Source of the DNA: a virus
Taxonomy: Duplodnaviria; Caudoviricetes
DNA length: 54,791 nucleotides
Direction: 5' to 3' (one strand)
Virus record (IMG/VR): IMGVR_UViG_3300033148_005125
Location: 1 to 54,791 of that record
The notes under the pieces were generated by a model, which saw only the letters and a program-made list of their open reading frames with translations, ran no database searches and had not been told where the DNA came from. Shown piece after piece: positions 43,852 to 52,800 of the stretch. The position numbers and the translations under genes were made by a program. Every line of letters starts with the position of its first letter. Position 1 is the first letter of the stretch.

Positions 43852-44295
43852 ATGAATAATTTTAAACATATGACTAAGGAAGATGGAAAGATTTATGGAA
43901 GACATAATGTGGTAACTAGTGTTAATCCACATCAATGTCATTTTGTAGCAGAATATCCAGACGGTAAAATTATAAAAGGAAATAATTTGTTTACAACTGG
44001 TTGGGATAATATTCCTAATGGTTTATCAATGTTAAGATATGTTTTAAGTACTGGGCATTTAATTCAGATACCAAGGTTTAAAGCATACTTACCTTTAATA
44101 GAAACAAGTCTTGGTATGGATGGAAGTAGAGTTTTTCATTCAATAAATGTTAAATGTTTAGGTAATAAAGAGGTTATAATTTATAGAATAATTTTAAGAC
44201 GGGATAATATTTCCAAACTTAAAATAGGTGATGTGGTTATGGGTAAAGAAAAAAGACCAAAAGAATTTAATAAGTCTTGGAAATTTACAAGTTAA
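43852..44295 (+). CDS. hypothetical protein (basic), possibly related to 49568..49876
   Basis: FVAEYPDGKII...WDNIP vs WEVEYVDGTII...WKKIP. Confidence 0.55.
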   Translation: MNNFKHMTKEDGKIYGRHNVVTSVNPHQCHFVAEYPDGKIIKGNNLFTTGWDNIPNGLSMLRYVLSTGHLIQIPRFKAYLPLIETSLGMDGSRVFHSINVKCLGNKEVIIYRIILRRDNISKLKIGDVVMGKEKRPKEFNKSWKFTS

Positions 44296-44310
44296 AAGGA
44301 GAATTAAATC

Positions 44311-45015
44311 ATGGCAGTAACTATAGAAACTAAATTTTATGAAGAACAAGATGAAGACACTCCTGGTGATTGGGAAGTAGGAGAATGGCATACATTATCT
44401 AAAATAGTGTTTACAAGTCCTAATATGGATAGTCCTAATACAGTTGGAACTAGATCTCATATTTTGCCCGGCGGTGGAGTAGATCTGGGACTTTGGTATG
44501 AGGACACATCATATATGTATAGAATAGCTGACTGCCAACAAGTTACATGGGAGCAATACACAAATTGTAGTGGTACTTTGGTTAGTGGAACATGTGTAAG
44601 TGGTAGTGGTTATAGTTGTTTTTGCCAATCTAATTCCGTTAATTTCCAACTGACAGCAGGTGAATGTTATGATTGTAGATTAACAGCGTGGGATGATGCA
44701 ACCCACAGTACTACCCTCAATGAAATTATTCTAGGACAACATTGTAGAGTGTCTGCTTTTGCTTTTAATTACGAAGGTATTGATTTTCAAAATCCATCAG
44801 CCGTAAATGTTGTTCATGCGCCTGTTTATAATAATGTATTGCAAGGTAATGTAGGTGGTAAATATTATGGAGATTTTGATATGGTTTATAGGGCAGCCGG
44901 TGGCGGAACAACCGGAGATTATTTAATATTTAAGCCAATGTTGGATGGTTTACATTCTGGAATTAGTTACGGTGTTCATGATTTTGTGATTGTGCTTCAT
45001 TATTCATACACGTAA
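44311..45015 (+). CDS. virion structural protein (Cys-containing)
   Basis: SD AAGGAG; paralog of 43182..43832. Confidence 0.55.
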   Translation: MAVTIETKFYEEQDEDTPGDWEVGEWHTLSKIVFTSPNMDSPNTVGTRSHILPGGGVDLGLWYEDTSYMYRIADCQQVTWEQYTNCSGTLVSGTCVSGSGYSCFCQSNSVNFQLTAGECYDCRLTAWDDATHSTTLNEIILGQHCRVSAFAFNYEGIDFQNPSAVNVVHAPVYNNVLQGNVGGKYYGDFDMVYRAAGGGTTGDYLIFKPMLDGLHSGISYGVHDFVIVLHYSYT

Positions 45016-45029
45016 TATAGGAGAGGTAA

Positions 45030-46604
45030 ATGCCGGATGGTACAAATAATATATATATTGACGCTACTTTCTCTACAACTTCTGATAATGAAGAGGATGT
45101 TACTAGTGAATTAACTTTAGCAGATGCTGATGTGATCGGCGCATATAATATGCCGGTTATCTATACAACAGCAGTTCTTACTCCGGCAGAACAATTAGTT
45201 AATGTTATATATTCCACAGGTACTGGCACAGTGAGTGGAACTGTAGAAAGATATATAGAATATACCATAAGCCCTTCTGTGAGTGGAATTTATACAAGTT
45301 TAATTGATTATACTATTGGAGCAACAATATCTGGTAGTTCAAGTAAATATGTTGATTGTTTTCTAGCAGGTTATACTGGAATTTCTGGAGTTCCAAATAT
45401 AATACCTGCTGTACAAAACACACTGATTGATTATATTGTAGGTCAGACATTTAATGAATTAGATATAAATATTAACACCTTTTATTGGAACTGGCCAGTT
45501 TTTTCTGGTATAGTAAGTTTTCCAACACAATATACATATTTACCTGGAATAAATACAAGTATAGATAGAACAGCATACATTACTTTAGGCTCGCCATCTA
45601 CAATGTATTCTGGAACACAAACTGGCTATGTGAATGTAGAATTTGCTGGTTGGGTAAATTACCCATTGGAATTTGATTTATATTGTACATTACAAGACAC
45701 AAAATATATTGATTCAGAACTTACAGTTATAAGTGGTGCAGTTAATTTTTACTTGTCAGATATTATATGTGCTGTGTCTGGTACACAAAATTTTGATTTT
45801 GAAACTTATTGTTGTTTAGAAAATTTTTCTAAAATATATTCAGAATTAACAGTCATACTTGGTTCGGTAGATAAATTGAATTGTGATTTTTATTGTTCCG
45901 GCCAAACTGTAGATTATTTAAGTTTTGATATAGATTTACTATCTTTAAAAATTTCAAATTTTTTACCAATAGAAGAAGATTACGCTTATGTTAATGATGG
46001 CATCTCGGTTGATATAACAGATGATGTTTATAATGTTTTAACATCGATGTCAGGAATTCCTTGTTCTGGAACTTGTTGTTTAAAAGTGGATGATGAGGTT
46101 GTTCCAGTAACATTTTCAGGTATAACTGATGGTTATACGATGTATTATAATCCAGTCGATAATTTTAGTTCATTAACAGGAAGCACAACATTTACAGTTC
46201 ACGCAGAAAATTCTAATGGTGATATTTTAGAGAGAGATTATTATCTAACTTATGGTTATTTAGTTGATTATGATAACATAGATAGAATAGGTTTTGATTA
46301 TGGTATTGATACACAAGTTCTTGTAAGAATGTCAGCAGAGAATTTAGCCACGTGCCCTAAGTATTCTGCTGATGCTTATTGGTTTGAAACGAGAGATTAT
46401 TTCCAAAAAGATTTAAATGTAAGTATTATTGGGGAATTACCTGATATTATATCCGATGAAGTTAGTTTGGGAGCGTCAATTAATCCTCAATCAACAGCAT
46501 TTTTCTACGGTAAAATATTTAGAGTAGTACTAAATGCTAAGGATTTTACAGGTAATGAAATGGAATCTTATGAATTTGAATTTAAAATAGAAGATGTTTC
46601 ATAA
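45030..46604 (+). CDS. acidic virion protein with SG-rich motifs and an internal repeat
   Basis: 12 Ser-Gly dipeptides counted; SELTVI repeated 42 aa apart; Ig-like C-terminal part. Confidence 0.55.
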   Translation: MPDGTNNIYIDATFSTTSDNEEDVTSELTLADADVIGAYNMPVIYTTAVLTPAEQLVNVIYSTGTGTVSGTVERYIEYTISPSVSGIYTSLIDYTIGATISGSSSKYVDCFLAGYTGISGVPNIIPAVQNTLIDYIVGQTFNELDININTFYWNWPVFSGIVSFPTQYTYLPGINTSIDRTAYITLGSPSTMYSGTQTGYVNVEFAGWVNYPLEFDLYCTLQDTKYIDSELTVISGAVNFYLSDIICAVSGTQNFDFETYCCLENFSKIYSELTVILGSVDKLNCDFYCSGQTVDYLSFDIDLLSLKISNFLPIEEDYAYVNDGISVDITDDVYNVLTSMSGIPCSGTCCLKVDDEVVPVTFSGITDGYTMYYNPVDNFSSLTGSTTFTVHAENSNGDILERDYYLTYGYLVDYDNIDRIGFDYGIDTQVLVRMSAENLATCPKYSADAYWFETRDYFQKDLNVSIIGELPDIISDEVSLGASINPQSTAFFYGKIFRVVLNAKDFTGNEMESYEFEFKIEDVS

Positions 46605-46671
46605 TAATTTAACCTCATAATAAATAAAGGGTTGATTTTTTTAATCCTATAAAAAAGAAGGAGGAATTAAT

Positions 46672-48204
46672 ATGGCTGCTATAACTAGATGGTGTGAATA
46701 TTCTGTGGCCGCAGAAGGAGTAATAAGTGAAGGTGGTGCCACAATATCAGGAGTAGGAACTCGTGGTTATGTGCTGGCTAATTCTAGTGTGGGAGACTCA
46801 TTTAGTTTAGGGTCATCTAATAATAGATTATATATTGATTTAGATGGTGATACTTCTACATATGTTACATTAGTTAGTGGAACTGATACAGATCCCAGAT
46901 CAGTTGCAAGAGATATAACTGAAAAAATACATGCTACCGGAAAATCAGGCGGGTATGAAAATGCTCAGTGTGTTTGGGAGAATAATAAATTAAAAATCTA
47001 TTCTGGAACTCTTGGTTCAAGTAGTTCAGTTGCAGTTTCAAGTGGTACTAACACAGCACATTTAGAGTTAGGTTTTGGGTCTAAAACTGAAACTGGCGGG
47101 TCAGCATCAGGTAATACTTATGTTGGTGGATTAACTACAAGTGGTACTTATAGTGGATTTTTAGATGAAACGTATCGTATTTTAATAAATAAAGAATTAC
47201 AAATAGGAACGCCAAGTAAAGGTGGAGGTAATAGTTATTTAGGTACTATATCTACTGGGGGTGTATTTCAACACGGCAGTAATATAACTTACGTCATTAG
47301 TATAGATATAACAAATGGTTCTACTATGGGAGCTGGTACTGGTAATGTTCCAAGTATGTCTTGGACATCAACTGGTAGTGCTGATGATGGTGGTCCTATA
47401 GAACTTTTATTCCCTAATTATTGGTACAAACTTGGGACTAAAGGAGTCATGGTTAAATTTACTGATGCTGTATTTAATACCTGTGATCCAGCTTGGACTA
47501 TTATTTGTACTTATGCATCTGAGGCAGTAACTGGTAATGCTCAGGCGGCAGCAGGAACTGCAAAATATATTTGGTCAAGTACTAGAGGAGATGATGCTGC
47601 AGCTGCAATTACAACCTCAGACGCATCTTTTGTTAGATTAGGAACCAGAGGCGTTTATGTAAAATGGACTGGCTCTGGTAATTTTTTAGCTGGTGATGAG
47701 TTCTATGTAATTTGTAAAGCACCACAACCAACTAGTTATGGTATTACAACACTAAATTATGGAAATGTTACTGTTAGCACAAACAGTGCCGTGAAATGTG
47801 TTATGTTTGAGATTATGAGTGGTGGTGTAGAGATGTCTACTGTTAAATTTGGTTTACAAAGTCACGGTACCTTTTCTCATCATGATGCTGGAAGTTTAGA
47901 TACAGAATTTCATTTTGGTACAATAGGTCCTGGTAATAATGCTGGAACAGGTTCTATTGATGGGAAAGAATGGCGTGCAAATGTTACAGCTACAGATATA
48001 AGTAGTGATACTCCACCAAGTTATTTATATGCAACCAAACAAGACTTGGCCGTAGTTGCCGATGCTGATAATAGCGAAGCCATTGGAGCGAGTCATCATA
48101 TGGGAATGGTAGCTGATCCTCTATTTTTGTCAATAAAATTAGGTAGTTCGGAAGTAGGAGCAAATAGTCAAATTAATTATCGCTGCTATTTCGATTATAG
48201 TTAG
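46672..48204 (+). CDS. Gly/Ser/Thr-rich virion structural protein
   Basis: Strong SD AAGGAGG; preceded by the TAACCT motif; internal repeat (KLGTKGVMVKFT / RLGTRGVYVKWT). Confidence 0.6.
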   Translation: MAAITRWCEYSVAAEGVISEGGATISGVGTRGYVLANSSVGDSFSLGSSNNRLYIDLDGDTSTYVTLVSGTDTDPRSVARDITEKIHATGKSGGYENAQCVWENNKLKIYSGTLGSSSSVAVSSGTNTAHLELGFGSKTETGGSASGNTYVGGLTTSGTYSGFLDETYRILINKELQIGTPSKGGGNSYLGTISTGGVFQHGSNITYVISIDITNGSTMGAGTGNVPSMSWTSTGSADDGGPIELLFPNYWYKLGTKGVMVKFTDAVFNTCDPAWTIICTYASEAVTGNAQAAAGTAKYIWSSTRGDDAAAAITTSDASFVRLGTRGVYVKWTGSGNFLAGDEFYVICKAPQPTSYGITTLNYGNVTVSTNSAVKCVMFEIMSGGVEMSTVKFGLQSHGTFSHHDAGSLDTEFHFGTIGPGNNAGTGSIDGKEWRANVTATDISSDTPPSYLYATKQDLAVVADADNSEAIGASHHMGMVADPLFLSIKLGSSEVGANSQINYRCYFDYS

Positions 48205-48289
48205 AAAGTTTATTCTGGTATTAAACTAACCTCTCTATAATATAGAAGGGATATTTTCCCTTTCTAATAAATTATACGGAGGTGTTAAA

Positions 48290-49381
48290 ATGAATTTATG
48301 TAAATGTGGTTGTGGTAGAGAGATAAGAGAAGGTAACTTATATATTCATGGACATAATAGACGTGGATTAGTAAGTTATACTTCTGGTGAAAAGTGGGCG
48401 ATAGAATATGATTGTTGTGTTTCATGTGGTGATATAAAATATGAGCATCAAGGTAATGGATTATGTAAAAGGTGTTATTCAAAAAGTTTTTATCAATTAA
48501 AAAAATCTAGTGTTGGTAAATGGGCAAAAGATTATGATTATTGTGTAGATTGTGGTAGAATTGATAGACCTCATAAAGCAAATGGTCGTTGTAGTACTTG
48601 TTATACAAATTATTTCAACAGACAAAAAGGTATTAAAAAAAGAAATTTTGGCGCTTGGTCTTGGTATTATGATAAATGTCAAAAATGTGGAACCACAGAA
48701 AGACCCCATGCTGTTGAAGGATTATGTTGTGATTGTCATGAAGCTTCAAAAAGGGATTTTTCAGATGGTTATGAAATATGTCCAGTATGTAGTGCAAAAG
48801 TTTTAAACTTAAATCAACATATATCTATGCGTGCTAAGAAATGTGAACAACATAAAAAGTATCAACATGATTTGTTTGAAATATATTTCAAAAGTGATTT
48901 AGGAATGGATGATATAGCAAAGGAATTAAAAATGGATAGACACGCCATATCAAAGAATTTTACAAAATTTTTTGGAAAGGAAAAAACAATTAAACGTAAT
49001 CAATTAGTAAAAAGTTGTTTATGTTCTGAAAAAGCCGCTTTAAATTTTAATAATAAAAATAGATTTGGAACCGTTTCATATTATGATTCATTAAACAATG
49101 GTAAGGTCAGATTTAGATCTAAATTAGAAAAACAATTTGCAGAATTTCTTGATGGGTCTGGAGTCAAGTGGGTCTATGAACACAAAGCATTTCCTTATAT
49201 TGATAAAAAAGGAAAGCGACGGACCTACACTCCAGATTTTTATTTTGTAGATGAAGATCGTTATGTTGAGGTAAAAGGATATAAAAAAGATATAGATGAA
49301 TATAAAGTTAACAAACTTAAAGAAATAGGAATAAATATAATAATGATAGGAAAAGGAGAATTCAAAAATGCCACTATTTGA
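48290..49381 (+). CDS. putative free-standing homing endonuclease: multi-Zn-finger + HTH + PD-(D/E)xK domain
   Basis: CKCGCG N-terminus; three W...YD.C..CG....H...G.C..C repeats; HTH-like GMDDIAKELKMDRHAI; FRSKLE...YE...YTPDF...YVEVKG. Confidence 0.75.
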   Translation: MNLCKCGCGREIREGNLYIHGHNRRGLVSYTSGEKWAIEYDCCVSCGDIKYEHQGNGLCKRCYSKSFYQLKKSSVGKWAKDYDYCVDCGRIDRPHKANGRCSTCYTNYFNRQKGIKKRNFGAWSWYYDKCQKCGTTERPHAVEGLCCDCHEASKRDFSDGYEICPVCSAKVLNLNQHISMRAKKCEQHKKYQHDLFEIYFKSDLGMDDIAKELKMDRHAISKNFTKFFGKEKTIKRNQLVKSCLCSEKAALNFNNKNRFGTVSYYDSLNNGKVRFRSKLEKQFAEFLDGSGVKWVYEHKAFPYIDKKGKRRTYTPDFYFVDEDRYVEVKGYKKDIDEYKVNKLKEIGINIIMIGKGEFKNATI

Positions 49382-49571
49382 TTTTAGATGTAACCATTGT
49401 GATTTTGAAATAGAGCTGCTTCAAAAAATGGACGAGAAACCACCTAATTGTCCCGTGTGTGGACGATCTATGGTTAAGCTTGTGTCTACTACTACTTTTA
49501 TATTAAATGGTAAAAATTGGGAACGTGATGGTTATGGACTAAGATCTAAAAAAGAAGGAGGCAAAAAATGA
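49368..49571 (+). CDS. FmdB-family zinc-ribbon protein
   Basis: MPLFDFRCNHC...E.LQKM....CPVCG...KLVS...FILNGKNW. Confidence 0.8.
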   Translation: MPLFDFRCNHCDFEIELLQKMDEKPPNCPVCGRSMVKLVSTTTFILNGKNWERDGYGLRSKKEGGKK

Positions 49572-49876
49572 GTATAAGGCGGGGGTGGGAGGTAGAGTAC
49601 GTTGATGGAACTATTATAAATGAAAACCAAATGGAATGGAAAAAGATACCTAAAGTTGATATTGTAAGAGTTACCTTACATTTCGATGGCAGACAATGGG
49701 ATATGGAAAATAAAATAGCATACGTCCAGAAAAAAAGAGCCTCTGTTGTACCTGGGGTTGTAGGTAGTTTTATGGTAGAGTCACGTTCGATTGGATATTA
49801 TGAGGGAAATAAAAAAGTTTGGTACACTGTTAATGAATTCACAGGTCAAATGAAAATGGAGGTTAAGGAGCTTTAA
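49568..49876 (+). CDS. hypothetical protein
   Basis: 102 aa; SD AAGGAGG; ATGA overlap. Confidence 0.65.
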   Translation: MSIRRGWEVEYVDGTIINENQMEWKKIPKVDIVRVTLHFDGRQWDMENKIAYVQKKRASVVPGVVGSFMVESRSIGYYEGNKKVWYTVNEFTGQMKMEVKEL

Positions 49877-52800
49877 TGGCCCTTACTGATGATGATATTG
49901 CTGGTATAATAGCACTATGGCAATATAATGAACAACAGGCTGATCCTAGGTCTAAAGAGGAAGACATAGTTTCTGGTCTTAGACAGACCCAACTATTGTC
50001 TTGTCAATATTGGATCAAAGGGTTATCTCCTGTTTGTGATTATTGGAATGGAGGATTTAATAATGGTATTGGTGGTTGTATATTTAAAACACCACCTGAT
50101 GAACAAGGTCCTAGTGGATACAATGGCGGACACTGTGACTACATAGGACGTAAATCTACTTGTGATAGATATAAAACATTTCAAATAGAAGATTTAGAAA
50201 CATACCATTGTATACTTCCAAATATATTTTTATCTGGGATGGGAAAAGCTTCTGGTACCCCAGTTACTGGATTAACTTTAACTGCCATACCAAAGGGAGA
50301 GATTACTGGTTATTGTGATGGTGATTGTGATGGTTTTGGTAGAGGTACTGGCTGTGGTGGTACTCCTGGCACAAGTCCTATAGTTTGTAATTATTTTAGA
50401 CCTTGGCAAATGGGTTTTGGTTCTCTCACACCGCGTGATGTAAGAAGAACAATAGGAGAAGATGGTTCTGTTTATATTTCTCCAGAAGATTTACAAGCTG
50501 CTTATGATGCCGTGCACACTCCTATGGCATATAGACTTCCATTATCTTTTAAAATTTATAATCTAAGATCAGAATTTCAAAAATGTGCTTATTGGAATAG
50601 TGATTATGGTGCTAGATTTGAATTTGATAATGATGGTGATATTTATTTAGATGCAGATTCAGAAGATCCAGATGAAGGTTGTACTTGTACTAATGTTAAT
50701 TGTAGACCTTATTGTACATTAGCCGAAGTGCCTGATGGTGCACAACAATGGATATTAGATCAAGTTTGGTCTCAAGCAGGCACAATTGTATGTAATGGTG
50801 CTAAACCAGAATGCCCTTGTTATACTGGTGAATGGGTTTATTGTAATGATGCAAATATGCTTGTTGGGATGAGAGTTACAGCTAACCAAATTTTTGAACT
50901 GAGATTTTGGTCATCTCAATGGGGGAGTCAGGTAGAATATGATGCATTTTTTGAAAGTAAACCTAATTGGCAAGATGTTCCAACAGCTAATATATATACA
51001 TTTAAAAAATGGCTTCAATTAGGTGAAACTGCTGCAGATAGTGTAGCACAAGGCCAGATATTACATATGTGTCAGCCAGCCCCTATCAATGATAGGAGGT
51101 TTGTACCAAGTTTATATTTAACTGCTAAAGATATTCAATATACAGCTGCTGGAATTAATATGGGTACCACGGCCCCTGAAAATTATGAAATTTATTACCC
51201 AACTTTAATAAGAGATCCAGAGTTTGAGATGGATATTTGGCCAATAGATATAGTTTATCCTTATGCTAGTACAGATCCTTTTTCATCCGAGTTGTGTAAT
51301 AAAGAAACAAATGAAGATCCTTTATGTATAAAAAGAGGATCAAGTATAAATGGTGATACTGTTTCAGTTATAGGAACAACCACAAGAAATAAATCTGTTT
51401 ATGTATTTAATCTTAATTTATTAGATAACACTTTGTCCGAATTTAATAATCATTGGACTGCAAGTACCATTTCTGATGTTGAAACTACAAATGGTGAAGA
51501 CGAGGGTAATTTTTCAGGTCTTAGCCCCCGTGATGAATTTTTTATAAAACTTGATGAGTTTTTAGAAGAAAGTTTGAAAACAAATCCAGATAATATTTCA
51601 ATAGTTACATCTAATTCTGAAACTGGTTATTTTAAAGCGCCCCCTTTGAATTTGAATTATACAGAAGTTAATTACATAGTTGTATGTGTAAAATTTACAG
51701 ATACAATTTGGGATTTTAGAATAAGACCCGTCCTGTCTGTGTGGTATGGCGGTCTTTTAATACAAAATAGTTTTACTCAAGAAGATGATGGTCAATACTT
51801 GCCTAATAGATTTTTCCCAAATGCTCAAATTACCGGTTGTATATACAATCTTGTGTCTACCAGTAAATACAGTGGTTCTCACTGTAATTTAAATTCTATT
51901 GTTCATGTAGCTAGTAATAAATATACTAATGCAGATCTTGGTACCTCTGAAAAATATTCTTATTGTTATAGAAAAATTACTATTAAAGATACATATATTT
52001 ATAACTGGACAAGAATAGGAAATAGTGGTTTAATTTGGGCAGAGTTTGAGGACACTAATATAAATTATTTATTTGAATGGGAAGTTACATCCGCAACAAT
52101 GAGATATAATGCATCTGTAGAAGGGGACACCTCTGAAGATGTAGTGATGGAGGTTGTAGAAGTAGAGACGTTTATAAGTGGTGAGAGGAGCGTTCCTCCT
52201 TCAGCTTGTATATTACAACCAGAAGATAATTCTATTAAAAAAATGTTTTTTAATGATGATTGGATTTTAGAAGTAACTTATTGGTATAAGGAAATAAGTA
52301 GTGATAATTCACAAGAACAATCCTCTGAAAAAGATATTGAAATAGTATCTCCAGATTTTGATGATGATAATATTTTTTTTGATGATAGCAGTATAAATAT
52401 AGAAATAAAAAAGGACACATTTAATATTGATAGTATAGACAACCAAACAGTTGCTGTGATGGGTTTATTTACAGAGGAAGATGGCAGGATAATATCTTCT
52501 ATGGCCACAAAAATGTTGGTACAAGTTTCTATGCTTGAATGTAGAAATGTAGAAATAGATTATAGATATAGTCAACCTGCTAATTGGTATATATTAAAAC
52601 CAGAAACTAGTATGTCACAACTAGCTATTCCACCAACTAGTGAAGAACTTCAAGGAGAATATAGTCCTCGTTATTTTAGACCGTTTTGTGGTGATCATAA
52701 AAATGGTAATCAAGGGTTAGGTAAAGGTCCCATGTGGTATCCTTTTTATACGTGTGAGCAAAATGATTTTTATCAGGCTTTTGCTGGCGCTTCTTATTGC

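Noticed and set aside
48244-48266. Terminator-like hairpin AGAAGGGA/TCCCTTTCT
   Set aside because: Imperfect stem, no U-tract, and it overlaps the TAACCT motif; not supportable as a terminator.
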